Shown here piece by piece: positions 8,215 to 17,532 of a stretch of DNA of 64,000 bases; the stretch's first letter is position 1, and every line of letters starts with the position of its first letter. This DNA comes from a virus (Duplodnaviria > Caudoviricetes): IMG/VR virus record IMGVR_UViG_2821123053_000004, positions 4,819 to 68,818 of that record. One strand, written 5' to 3'. The translations under genes and the position numbers were made by a program. The notes beneath the pieces were generated by a model that worked only from the letters and a program-made list of their open reading frames with translations, ran no database searches and was not told the origin of the DNA.

Positions 8215-9155
8215 TGGCTCCACTCCCCAAACCTGAAGCCAGCACGGTACGCGCCATCTACGCTGCCTACGAAGCGGCGGCCAACTCGTGGGACAGCCTC
8301 GGCATCTCGGTCGGCGAAGCGAACGCGGTCTGCGATCGCCAGCTTTGGTACGCCTTCCGCTGGGCCAGCCCGTTGGAGAAGCACCACGGCCGCCAGCTTC
8401 GACTGTTTGAGACCGGCAACATCGAAGAGGACCGTCTCGTCGCCGACCTCGAACGCATTGGCGTTGATGTCTACGGCCAGCAGGACCGCATACGCCTCGT
8501 CGGCAGCCACGTCCGCGGCAAGTGCGACGGGAAAGCTATGGGAGTTGTGGAAGCGCCGAAGACTGAGCACCTTCTCGAATTTAAGTCCAGCAATGCCAAA
8601 GGCATGAAGCTGATTGTTAAAGAGGGATGTCAGAAGGCGAAGCCGCTCCATTACGGACAGTGCCAGCTGGGGATGCATGCTTTTGGTCTCACGCGCTGCC
8701 TCTATCTCGTCAGCTGCAAAGACGACGACACGCTCTACGCCGAGCGTATCGAATACGACGCCGAGTTCTGCCTGCGGCTGCTGGCGCGCCTGGAGCGCAT
8801 CATCAACTCGCCGGAGCCGCCCTCCCGCATTAGCGAGGATCCGGAATGGTTCGAATGCCTGTTCTGCAAGCATAAGCCAGTTTGTCACCAGCAAGCGTGG
8901 CCGCGTGTCACCTGCCGATCTTGCATCCATTCGACGCCGGAGATGGGCGGCGACGGGCATTGGTCCTGCGCCCGATGGGCGAAGCCAATCTCATTCGATG
9001 AGCAAAAAGAGGCGTGCCCGACGCACCTGACGATTCCGGCCATGGTGCCTGGGGAGTTGCTGGATAGCGACGAGGAAGCAGAAACAGTGACCTATCGCCT
9101 CGCCAACGGCGAGACTTGGACTGACGGCGCGAGCCATCAAGAGGAGGCAGCTTAA
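8214..9155 (+). CDS. PD-(D/E)XK exonuclease (Cas4-like/YqaJ-like)
   Basis: GKCDG..LLEFKS, HYGQCQLGM, C-terminal cysteine cluster. Confidence 0.85.
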   Translation: MAPLPKPEASTVRAIYAAYEAAANSWDSLGISVGEANAVCDRQLWYAFRWASPLEKHHGRQLRLFETGNIEEDRLVADLERIGVDVYGQQDRIRLVGSHVRGKCDGKAMGVVEAPKTEHLLEFKSSNAKGMKLIVKEGCQKAKPLHYGQCQLGMHAFGLTRCLYLVSCKDDDTLYAERIEYDAEFCLRLLARLERIINSPEPPSRISEDPEWFECLFCKHKPVCHQQAWPRVTCRSCIHSTPEMGGDGHWSCARWAKPISFDEQKEACPTHLTIPAMVPGELLDSDEEAETVTYRLANGETWTDGASHQEEAA

Positions 9156-9826
9156 TGCCAGCGTATCGTTCCAGCGCCGAGGCCGAGATCCGCGTGCCCG
9201 TCGTAGAGCAGCTCCGCGCCATGGTGCCGGGCTGCCGTATCATTCACGAGATCAACGCGGCTAGCTTTGGGAACCGCATCGATGTGCTCGCAGTCGGGAC
9301 GGATCGTCTTCTAGCGGTCGAGATCAAGTCGTCTAAGGACAAGCTCGACCGCCTGCCTGATCAGATCAAGGCGATGAAGGGTGTAACACGCGAAGTCTTT
9401 GCAGCGTTGCATGAGAAGTTCATGGACGGAAAATCTCGCGGTGCTTTCCCGCCAAAGGAGGCGCGAGGCGCCGTGACTTGGATCTATCCCCGAGCTCGTC
9501 GGGACGGTCACGTCGAGTGCGGAGAGATCTGGCGCGGCAAAGAGCCTTACTCCAAGCCGATGTTTTGCCTGCCGCCGGGAGCTCTAGCGATCCTGTGGCG
9601 CGAAGAGCTTCATAACATCCTGCGCGGCGTCGGGATCAAAGGAATCAGCAAGCTCGACATGGGCGAGTCGATAGACCGCATTCGATGGAACATGACCGGA
9701 GAGCAGATCACTAGGGCAATTTGCGCCACGCTCCGCGCCCGATCCTGTGTTGAGGCGGATCCGCCCACCTTCGCAGTAGCCAACGACAATACACCTACCG
9801 ACGGCACTACCACCGCCGCAGCCTGA
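9155..9826 (+). CDS. PD-(D/E)XK-fold protein (sce7726/MmcB-like)
   Basis: RIDVLAV..AVEIKSSKDKLDRLPDQ; ends VANDNTPTDGTTTAAA. Confidence 0.7.
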   Translation: MPAYRSSAEAEIRVPVVEQLRAMVPGCRIIHEINAASFGNRIDVLAVGTDRLLAVEIKSSKDKLDRLPDQIKAMKGVTREVFAALHEKFMDGKSRGAFPPKEARGAVTWIYPRARRDGHVECGEIWRGKEPYSKPMFCLPPGALAILWREELHNILRGVGIKGISKLDMGESIDRIRWNMTGEQITRAICATLRARSCVEADPPTFAVANDNTPTDGTTTAAA

Positions 9827-9848
9827 CCACACCACAGAGGAGACTACC

Positions 9849-10361
9849 GTGACCAAGAACACCAAGCCCACGAAACCGGGCAGACCGCAGGCTTTTGACG
9901 ATCGTTTGGTCTCCTACTTGCCCGGCCTCCGTGCTCTCGCATCGCGTCTCGGATTTCGCGGCGAGGAGGGGACAGACCTAGTATCCGACACGATGATGAC
10001 GGCGCTGCACCGCTGGGGCTCATTCCGCGAGGATGGCGGCTTTTGGAACTGGCTGTCTCTGACGATGCGAGCCTGTGCCCAAGAACGACGCAAGGCAGCG
10101 CGACGGGCAATCCAGACCGTCGACGATGCCGATGGCCGATACGCCAGCCGGATGGCGATGAGTGCGCCGCAGGAACGGCAGATCGAGGCGTTCGAAACCA
10201 TCCGCGCCATGTCGGGCCGCGATGGTGAGGCGCTCGCGCGTCTTGCCATGGGCGACACGCTGGAAGAGATCGGCCAGAGCTACGGTGTCGGCCGTGAACG
10301 AATCCGCCAGCTGTGCGAGCGCGAGCGGTCGCGGCTCACGATGTTGCGCGAGGCTGCGTGA
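9849..10361 (+). CDS. ECF sigma-70-like transcription factor
   Basis: Region 2-like DLVSDTMM..FWNWL; region 4 TLEEIGQSYGVGRERIRQL. Confidence 0.7.
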   Translation: MTKNTKPTKPGRPQAFDDRLVSYLPGLRALASRLGFRGEEGTDLVSDTMMTALHRWGSFREDGGFWNWLSLTMRACAQERRKAARRAIQTVDDADGRYASRMAMSAPQERQIEAFETIRAMSGRDGEALARLAMGDTLEEIGQSYGVGRERIRQLCERERSRLTMLREAA

Positions 10362-12154
10362 TGGGGCTGCGGTATTATCAGGAGGACGCAGTCGCGGCGC
10401 TGTTCGACTACTGGGGCGAGGAGGCCGGCAATCCGCTGATCGACCTCGCCACCGGTACAGGAAAATCGATGGTGATGGCTACGGTCATCCAGCAGCTCGT
10501 CGAAGGCTGGCCCGATATGCGCATCATGGTCGTGACGCATGTGGCGGAATTGATCGAGCAGAACTTCCTTGAGCTCATCGGCGTGTGGAAGAACGCGCCC
10601 GCAGGCATCTTTTCGGCCGGACTTAACCGTCGCGATGCGCGCAGCCAGATCATCTTTGCCGGCATCCAGACCGTCTGGAACAAGGCGGACCTGATCTGCG
10701 GTGCGCGGATCGTCGATGGCGAAAAGGTCTATGATCGACCTGTAGACGTCGTGCTCGTCGACGAGTGCCACCTGATCCCGAAGAACAGCGACACTCAATA
10801 TGGCCAGTTCTTCCGCGTCATGCGCGAGGTCAATCCGGACCTGAAGATCGTCGGGCTGACCGCGACGCCATTCCGATTGGACAGCGGCCGTCTGGATCAG
10901 GGCGAAGATCGCATGTTCGATCGCGTCGTCTACACCTACGGCATCGCCGACGGCGTGCGGGACGGATATCTAGCGCCGCTGTCTTCGAAGCACACTGCGA
11001 TCGAACTCAGCGTCAAAGGGGTCGGCAAGCAAGCCGGCGACTACAAGCAGTCGGCGCTGCAGGCCGCCGTTGATCAGATGGACGTTACGCGCGCCGCCGT
11101 TGACGAAATCGTGGCTAAGGGCGCCGATAAACGCTCGTGGCTTTGCTTCTGCTCCGGCGTCGTGCACGCCGAGCACGTCCGCGACGAGATCCGGTCGCGT
11201 GGGATCAGCTGCGAGACAATCACCGGTGACACGCCGAAGGACGAGCGCCGCCGCATTATTGAGGACTTCAAAGCCTACCGGATCCGGGCGCTGACGAACA
11301 ATTCCGTTTTGACGACCGGCTTCAATCATAAGGGCGTGGATCTCATTGCGGCGCTCAGGCCAACGCTGTCTGCATCGCTCTACCTGCAGATGATGGGACG
11401 CGGCACTCGCGTGTTATACGCGCCAGGCATGTCGCTTGAGACGCCGGAGGAGCGCCGTGCCGCTATCGCGGCCGGGCCGAAGCCGTCTTGCCTTGTGCTG
11501 GACTTCGCCGGCCTCGTCGACAAGCATGGTCCAGTCGACATGGTGCAGCCGAAGGAGCCTGGCAGCGGCGACGGCGAAGCGCCGATGAAGATCTGCCCGC
11601 AGGACGGTTTCGATAAGCACGGCGCGCCAGGATGCGGTGAGAAGCTGCATGCCTCTGCCCGGATCTGCACCTGCTGCGGCTTTGAATTCGATATCGACGA
11701 TAGCCCGAAGATTTCGGCCAACGCCGCCGATGTACCGATCATGACCATGGCGGAGCCGGAGAGCCGCACCGTTACGAGCCGTACGTTCCGTTTCCATGAA
11801 GGAAAGGGCGACAAGCCGCCTTCGGTGAAAGTCACGTACATGTCCGGCATGACGGCCATCAACGAGTGGCTGTGCCCTGAGCATTCCGGCTTTGCAAAGT
11901 CGAAGGCTGACCGATTCTGGATGGCTCATGGCGGGCAAAGGCCGTTCCCGCGCGCAGTGCTCGATTGGCTGGAACGTCAGTCTGAACTGAAGGAAACGGT
12001 CGAAATCACCATCAAGCCTCGGGATAAATATTGGGATGTAGTCGGGCATGTCGTTGGAGAATATGTTGCGGCCAACGACAACGATGAGCCGCCGGCAAAT
12101 GATAACAGGCCGGCCTATATGCAAGAGACGGATTGGGACGATATTCCGTTCTGA
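10358..12154 (+). CDS. SF2 DEAD/DEAH-box helicase with Zn finger
   Basis: LATGTGKS, VDECH, GLTATP, QMMGRG; ends DWDDIPF. Confidence 0.92.
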   Translation: MMGLRYYQEDAVAALFDYWGEEAGNPLIDLATGTGKSMVMATVIQQLVEGWPDMRIMVVTHVAELIEQNFLELIGVWKNAPAGIFSAGLNRRDARSQIIFAGIQTVWNKADLICGARIVDGEKVYDRPVDVVLVDECHLIPKNSDTQYGQFFRVMREVNPDLKIVGLTATPFRLDSGRLDQGEDRMFDRVVYTYGIADGVRDGYLAPLSSKHTAIELSVKGVGKQAGDYKQSALQAAVDQMDVTRAAVDEIVAKGADKRSWLCFCSGVVHAEHVRDEIRSRGISCETITGDTPKDERRRIIEDFKAYRIRALTNNSVLTTGFNHKGVDLIAALRPTLSASLYLQMMGRGTRVLYAPGMSLETPEERRAAIAAGPKPSCLVLDFAGLVDKHGPVDMVQPKEPGSGDGEAPMKICPQDGFDKHGAPGCGEKLHASARICTCCGFEFDIDDSPKISANAADVPIMTMAEPESRTVTSRTFRFHEGKGDKPPSVKVTYMSGMTAINEWLCPEHSGFAKSKADRFWMAHGGQRPFPRAVLDWLERQSELKETVEITIKPRDKYWDVVGHVVGEYVAANDNDEPPANDNRPAYMQETDWDDIPF

Positions 12155-12156
12155 AC

Positions 12157-12184
12157 TTGACAAATTTGTAAAAATGCATATGGT
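12157..12184 (+). promoter_or_regulatory. Promoter/operator TTGACAAATTTGTAAA upstream of rtcB
   Basis: Exact copy of the 3056 motif. Confidence 0.7.
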
Positions 12185-12218
12185 GGATGCTACCACACAC
12201 CACGGCAGAGGAGCCTGT

Positions 12219-13391
12219 ATGACCTTCAAGATTTACGGTCAGCACGACGACAAGACAATCAGACAGATGGACACCTGCATGAACACCGGCAGCGCCGCTG
12301 CTGGCGTTCTCTGCGCCGATGGCCACCTCGGCTACGCGCACCCAATCGGCGGGGTGGTCGGTTATACTGACCACATCAGCATTAGCGGCGTGGGTTTTGA
12401 TATCGCCTGCGGCAACATGGCCGTCCGGCTCGATACACCTTACGCCGAGATCGCGCCACGCATCGGGGAGATCCTGCAGGACATTTCGCGCGTCGTATCG
12501 TTCGGGGTCGGTCGGAAGAACGAAGAGCGCGTCGAGCACGAGCTGTTCGACCGAGACGACCTCTGGCGCGCTGCTGATGTGGCAGACCTTAAAGCGATGG
12601 CACAGGCGCAGCTGGGTACGGTTGGATCCGGCAATCACTACGTCGATATCTTTGAGGACGGCGACGGGGCCGCTTGGATAGGTGTGCATTTCGGTTCGCG
12701 CGGTCTGGGTCACAAGATCACAACGAAGTACCTCGCCATGGCTGGAGCGAAGGACGGTATGGAAGTGCCTCCGGCACTGCTTCCGGCCGACCACGACGTG
12801 GGCCGTGGATATCTTGCCGGCATAGAACTTGGCGGCCTCTACGCCTACGCCGGTCGCGAGTGGGTGGTTGAGCGCGTACGTAAAATCATTGGCGGCGAGG
12901 TGACTTTCTCGGTCCACAACCACCACAACTTCGCTTGGCACGAAACGCACGACGGCGTCGACATGTGGGTCGTTCGAAAGGGCGCAACGCCAGCATTTCC
13001 GGGGCAATACGGTTTCGTCGGTGGCTCGATGGGAGATGACGCGGTTATCCTGCGCGGCCTCGATAGCAACGACAGCAAAGCCAGCCTGTACTCCACCGTC
13101 CACGGCGCCGGTCGCGTCATGTCTCGCACCGAGGCTCGCGGCAAGTTCGTGAAGGTTGACGGCAAGAAAATCCGCCAACCCGGCAAGGTCCGCCACGACG
13201 AGTGGCAGCAGTGGATCCGCGATAAGGGAGTGACCGTCCTTGGCAGTGATCTCGACGAGGCACCGCAGGCCTACCGCCGACTGCCAGATGTTCTGGCGGC
13301 ACATGCAGGCACGATCTCGATCGAGCATGTGCTCAAGCCGCGCGGCGTCATCATGGCCGGCGCCAATGAGTTCGACCCGTACAAGGACTGA
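12219..13391 (+). CDS. rtcB: RtcB family RNA 2',3'-cyclic phosphate/5'-OH ligase
   Basis: ADGHLGYAHPIG, GFDIACG, GSGNHY, HFGSRG, HNHHN, RKGAT, HGAGR, DEAPQAYR; start placed at SD-led ATG. Confidence 0.95.
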   Translation: MTFKIYGQHDDKTIRQMDTCMNTGSAAAGVLCADGHLGYAHPIGGVVGYTDHISISGVGFDIACGNMAVRLDTPYAEIAPRIGEILQDISRVVSFGVGRKNEERVEHELFDRDDLWRAADVADLKAMAQAQLGTVGSGNHYVDIFEDGDGAAWIGVHFGSRGLGHKITTKYLAMAGAKDGMEVPPALLPADHDVGRGYLAGIELGGLYAYAGREWVVERVRKIIGGEVTFSVHNHHNFAWHETHDGVDMWVVRKGATPAFPGQYGFVGGSMGDDAVILRGLDSNDSKASLYSTVHGAGRVMSRTEARGKFVKVDGKKIRQPGKVRHDEWQQWIRDKGVTVLGSDLDEAPQAYRRLPDVLAAHAGTISIEHVLKPRGVIMAGANEFDPYKD

Positions 13392-13439
13392 GCGCCTCAC
13401 CAGCGCTTGGCAGAAGACCACACCACAAGAGGAGCCACC

Positions 13440-14183
13440 ATGCCGAGATCCGCAGCAGCGCCTGATTTCGATCCCACTGACATTGCGGGCGTCCCGAAGA
13501 CGCACAACCAGCCTGCCTATATAGGCATCTTCAGTGAAATCGACGACCTATACGAAGAGGCTAAGAACTGGGCTGACGGCGAGGCTATCTCCAGCCAGGA
13601 GATGCACGACGCTATCGAGAAGCTTTACGACGGACTGCACGAGGCCGGCAAGAAAGCCGATGCGCTGCGCGTCGAGGAAAAGAAGCCGCTCGACGAGAAG
13701 GTCAAGGAGATCCAAGACCGCTACAACAAATACATCCAGCCGAAAAAGGGCAGGGTGGATCTGGCCAAGTCGACGCTCGGCGCGCTGCTGGCGCCCTGGC
13801 GCAAGAAGGTCGCGGACGACAAGGCCGCCGAGGCCGCAAAGCAGGCCGCCGAAGCTGCTGCTGCGAAAGAGGCCGCCGAGGCCGCCATCCGCTCGTCGTC
13901 CGGCAATCTGGGTGCTCGCGAATATGCCGAGGAGCTACTGGCCGACGCGAAGAAGCTGGAGCGCGGTGCGAAACGGGCCGACAAGGCAGCGACGACAGGG
14001 ACGGGCCTTCGGACTGTCTGGAACGTGAATATCACCGACGAAGAGAAGGCGCTGGATTGGGCGTTCACGCATGCTCCGGGCGAGTTCATGGCTATGGCGC
14101 TGTCTCTCGCGGAAGAACAGGTGCGCGGCGGTGTTCGCTCGATCGAGGGGTTCTCGATTGTTGAAGACAAGGTTGCTCGGTGA
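13440..14183 (+). CDS. Coiled-coil hypothetical phage protein
   Basis: SD-led ATG 13440; Ala/Glu/Lys-rich helical sequence. Confidence 0.75.
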   Translation: MPRSAAAPDFDPTDIAGVPKTHNQPAYIGIFSEIDDLYEEAKNWADGEAISSQEMHDAIEKLYDGLHEAGKKADALRVEEKKPLDEKVKEIQDRYNKYIQPKKGRVDLAKSTLGALLAPWRKKVADDKAAEAAKQAAEAAAAKEAAEAAIRSSSGNLGAREYAEELLADAKKLERGAKRADKAATTGTGLRTVWNVNITDEEKALDWAFTHAPGEFMAMALSLAEEQVRGGVRSIEGFSIVEDKVAR

Positions 14184-14383
14184 TGGATGGGGGATTTCTC
14201 AATTTCTCCTGCGGTGACTACATTTTTTGGAAGAGTGAGCTGTGTAGGCGATATCCTCCTCAGCTTGTGCCCTATCCGAATGGCAGCGATGGCCACTTCG
14301 TCTACATGCCTATCGAGACCTTTCCGTCTCGCAATGCCTACAATGATGCATGCGGCGAATTTCAATACCGCGCTAGCAAGTAG
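14180..14383 (+). CDS. Hypothetical protein
   Basis: GTGA overlap; 67 aa. Confidence 0.5.
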   Translation: MMDGGFLNFSCGDYIFWKSELCRRYPPQLVPYPNGSDGHFVYMPIETFPSRNAYNDACGEFQYRASK

Positions 14384-14435
14384 CAGCCACCAATAGCGCG
14401 CCACCACCGCGCAAAGCACCACAAGAGGAGACTAT

Positions 14436-15818
14436 ATGAGCTACGCCGAGCTGTTGGCGCGCAAGAGCGTCGACGCGCCCGTACGCGGGCTATCGCAAAT
14501 ACCGTCACTGCACTGTGACATGTTCCCATATCAGCGCGACGTCACGAGCTTCTTGCTCGGCGTCGGCGGTGGCGCGGCGTTCCTGGACACCGGCCTCGGC
14601 AAGAGTTTCGTATCGCTCGAATGGGCGCGTGTCGTAGCAGAGCACGAGAACAAGCCAGTCCTGATGCTGGCGCCACTGGCTGTCGCTCCTCAGCACGTCC
14701 GAGAGGCGAAGAAGTTCGGCTATGAGGATGCGCGCGTCGTTCGCGACCAGAGCGAGGTCGGGCCAGGCATCAACGTGACCAACTACGCCAAGCTCGACGC
14801 CTTCGACCCTGCGGTGTTCGCTGGTGTGGTTCTGGACGAGTCGAGCATCATCAAGAACTTCACTGGCCAGACCACACGCAAGATGATTGCGATGTGGAAG
14901 AGCACGCCGTTCCGCCTAGCATGCACCGCGACGCCGGCGCCGAACGACCACATGGAGCTCGGCCAGCATTCGCAGTTCCTGGGCGTCATGAACAGCAACG
15001 AGATGCTGACTCGGTGGTTCATCGCGGACCAGACCAACATGGGCCGCTACCGGCTGAAGGGCCACGCAGTGAAGCCGTTTTGGAACTGGGTCGCCAGCTG
15101 GGCGCGCTGCATCTCGAAGCCGTCGGATCTCGGTTATTCGGATGAAGGCTTCGAGCTGCCACCGCTCAACATCCACCGGCACGAGGTAAAGTCCGATATC
15201 TCGATCGATGCCGGAGATCTCCTGTTTCGGATACCAGACACAAGCGCCACGGCCATCCACAAGGAGAAGCGCCTAACGGCCGAAGCTCGAGCTGCAGTCA
15301 TCGCAGAGAGGGTGAATGAGGAGCGTGAGGAGCCTTGGATTGTCTGGTGCGACACGGACTACGAGGCCGATGCCCTTGTTGCGCTCATTCCTGACGCTGT
15401 CGAGGTTCGCGGCTCCATGCCGGACCATGTGAAGGAGAGTCGCCTCGTCGGCTTCAGCGAGGGCAGCGTCCGCGTCCTGATCAGTAAGCCGAGCATCGCA
15501 GGATTTGGGCTCAACTGGCAACACTGCGCTCGCATGGCGTTCGCCGGCCTGTCCTTTAGCTACGAGGCCTACTATCAGGCCGTCCGCCGCTGCTACCGCT
15601 TCGGCCAAAAGCGTCCGGTGGAGGTGCATATCGCTCTTGCTGATACCGAGCGCGCCATCTGGGATGTCGTCAACCGTAAGAGCGGCGACCATGAGCAGAT
15701 GAAGATCGAGATGTACGCCGCCATGCGCCGCGCACACGAAAGCCGCCAAGTCAAAATCGACTACCAGCCGACCAAGCCCGTCGCGCTGCCAGCATGGATG
15801 AGAGGAGTTGCCGCATGA
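14436..15818 (+). CDS. SNF2-like SF2 helicase
   Basis: DTGLGKS, LDESS, CTATP, QAVRRCYRFGQ. Confidence 0.9.
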   Translation: MSYAELLARKSVDAPVRGLSQIPSLHCDMFPYQRDVTSFLLGVGGGAAFLDTGLGKSFVSLEWARVVAEHENKPVLMLAPLAVAPQHVREAKKFGYEDARVVRDQSEVGPGINVTNYAKLDAFDPAVFAGVVLDESSIIKNFTGQTTRKMIAMWKSTPFRLACTATPAPNDHMELGQHSQFLGVMNSNEMLTRWFIADQTNMGRYRLKGHAVKPFWNWVASWARCISKPSDLGYSDEGFELPPLNIHRHEVKSDISIDAGDLLFRIPDTSATAIHKEKRLTAEARAAVIAERVNEEREEPWIVWCDTDYEADALVALIPDAVEVRGSMPDHVKESRLVGFSEGSVRVLISKPSIAGFGLNWQHCARMAFAGLSFSYEAYYQAVRRCYRFGQKRPVEVHIALADTERAIWDVVNRKSGDHEQMKIEMYAAMRRAHESRQVKIDYQPTKPVALPAWMRGVAA

Positions 15819-16729
15819 ACGTTCTGGATCAAGCTTCAGGTCAAAACTGGTCAGCTTACAACGCCGATTGCGTGCCTTTCGCCGCCGGCCTTCCCGACAA
15901 CAGCATCGACTTCAGCGTTTATTCGCCGCCGTTCTCGTCGCTCTACATCTATTCCGAGAGCGTCGCCGACATGGGCAACTGCGCCAACGACGATGAGTTC
16001 TTCGAGCAGTACCGCTACCTCGTGCGCGAGAAGTTCCGCGCCACTCGCCCGGGCCGCCTGACGGCCATCCACGTCAAGGATCTCGTTTACTACCAGAACA
16101 GCAGCGACCGCGGCACGGCCGGCCTTCGCCCGTTCTCCGACGATTGCACGCGCCTCCACATCGAGGAAGGATGGGACTTCCACAGCCGCATCACGATCTG
16201 GCGTGATCCGGTGCGCGAGATGCAGAAGACAAAGGCGCACGGTCTCCTCTGGAAGACACTTCGCGCCGACAGCACGTTCAGCCGCATGGGAATGCCGGAA
16301 TACCTGCTCGTCTTCCGCAAGTGGGCCAAATATGGCGAAGAGGTCGCTCCGGTCACTCATACCAAGGAGACGTTCCCGGTCGAGGAATGGCAGGACCATG
16401 CGTCGCCGGTCTGGAATTTCGGCAAACAGGATCTTCCGGAAACGGACGTCCTTAACGTGAAGGTGGCTCGCGCCGACAAGGACGAGAAGCACCTTTGCCC
16501 CATGCCTCTCAACATCACCAAGCGCGCGCTGCGCATGTGGTCGAACCCGAATGACGTCGTATTCTCGCCGTTCATGGGAATAGGATCCGAGGGCTACGTG
16601 TCGCTGCAGCAAGGCCGCCGATTCATTGGAACCGAGCTCAATCCCAACTACTTCCGCCAGGCGGTTAAGAATTTGGGTGAGGCTGCGGCCGTGGGGCAGT
16701 CGGGCGATCTGTTCAGGGTCGCGGCCTGA
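15815..16729 (+). CDS. DNA N4-cytosine/N6-adenine methyltransferase (beta class)
   Basis: SPPF catalytic motif; HLCPMP; FSPFMGIGS SAM-binding motif. Confidence 0.9.
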   Translation: MNVLDQASGQNWSAYNADCVPFAAGLPDNSIDFSVYSPPFSSLYIYSESVADMGNCANDDEFFEQYRYLVREKFRATRPGRLTAIHVKDLVYYQNSSDRGTAGLRPFSDDCTRLHIEEGWDFHSRITIWRDPVREMQKTKAHGLLWKTLRADSTFSRMGMPEYLLVFRKWAKYGEEVAPVTHTKETFPVEEWQDHASPVWNFGKQDLPETDVLNVKVARADKDEKHLCPMPLNITKRALRMWSNPNDVVFSPFMGIGSEGYVSLQQGRRFIGTELNPNYFRQAVKNLGEAAAVGQSGDLFRVAA

Positions 16730-17070
16730 TGCCGTTTCAACCCTCAACAGTCGGAGACACGCCAGCGGTCTGCAGCTGCTGCGGCCGGCACGCCATCGGC
16801 ATCGGCATCGGGGACGCGAAAGAGCCCCGCTACCTCTGCCAAGAGTGCGTTCTGCTTATCCAGCAGCTGAAGCGCGTTCGCCGTTTCGATCCCTATGAAC
16901 TTGAGGCCCGAATGGGCGGCATGGAAGCGGCCGGACCACTCGTGGACGAATTCGGTTCGGACTTGGCCGAATGGAGCGAGGAGCAAGTCCTCATGTTCTG
17001 CGGCGCGATCTGGAAGGGTTGCGCCGACAGGTTGAGGGAAGTGATCAGGAAAGGGGAGGCGCCGTTTTGA
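16729..17070 (+). CDS. Hypothetical Zn-binding phage protein
   Basis: CSCC..CQEC; overlap with upstream stop. Confidence 0.7.
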   Translation: MPFQPSTVGDTPAVCSCCGRHAIGIGIGDAKEPRYLCQECVLLIQQLKRVRRFDPYELEARMGGMEAAGPLVDEFGSDLAEWSEEQVLMFCGAIWKGCADRLREVIRKGEAPF

Positions 17071-17071
17071 C

Positions 17072-17230
17072 TTATTTTGTCGTCGCGTCCGGTTTCCCGG
17101 CATCACCGCGCCGCGGATCATCTCTTTCTTCCTGTGGAGTTTTCGTTGTGTCCACGAACTCCTTGATTCGCTGATGTCCTTCGTCTTTCACAGGTGACAC
17201 GTCAGGCTTCTTGCTCATTGCTTCTGTCAT
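17072..17230 (-). CDS. Small hydrophilic protein (52 aa), antisense moron
   Basis: Read manually; SD AAGGAG. Confidence 0.5.
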   Translation of the reverse strand: MTEAMSKKPDVSPVKDEGHQRIKEFVDTTKTPQEERDDPRRGDAGKPDATTK

Positions 17231-17322
17231 TCGAGTTCTCCTTCACATCTCGAACAAGCAACGGAGCAAAAGGATGCATCGAGTGCCTGATTAATTTAGC
17301 CGTACGCCACCAACGTCGTACC

Positions 17323-17511
17323 TCACTGCGCAATCTCTTTGCGCCGCTTAGTCTCAAGATAATTGAGCAGGTCGGTCAAGTCGTCGGCCTGCTCCATCTC
17401 TAGCCCGTTCTGCGGGACGTTCTCCACCTCTGCCGGATCACCGGTCTCGATGTCGAACACCGTCCACGAACCATCAGCTTCCTTGCGCATGTCATACCGT
17501 TGCTGATGCAT
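17323..17511 (-). CDS. Small hypothetical protein (62 aa), antisense moron
   Basis: MHQQRYDMRKEADGSWTVFD; SD GGAG. Confidence 0.7.
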   Translation of the reverse strand: MHQQRYDMRKEADGSWTVFDIETGDPAEVENVPQNGLEMEQADDLTDLLNYLETKRRKEIAQ

Positions 17512-17532
17512 GCCTGTATCTCCGGAGGGTTT

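Noticed and set aside
8214-9155. Cas4-like nuclease as a sign of CRISPR
   Set aside because: No repeat-spacer array or other cas genes; typical phage recombination exonuclease context
3246-16747. Long antisense ORFs (e.g. 3246..4619, 12012..13505, 15851..16747)
   Set aside because: Typical GC-rich shadow frames opposite well-supported genes
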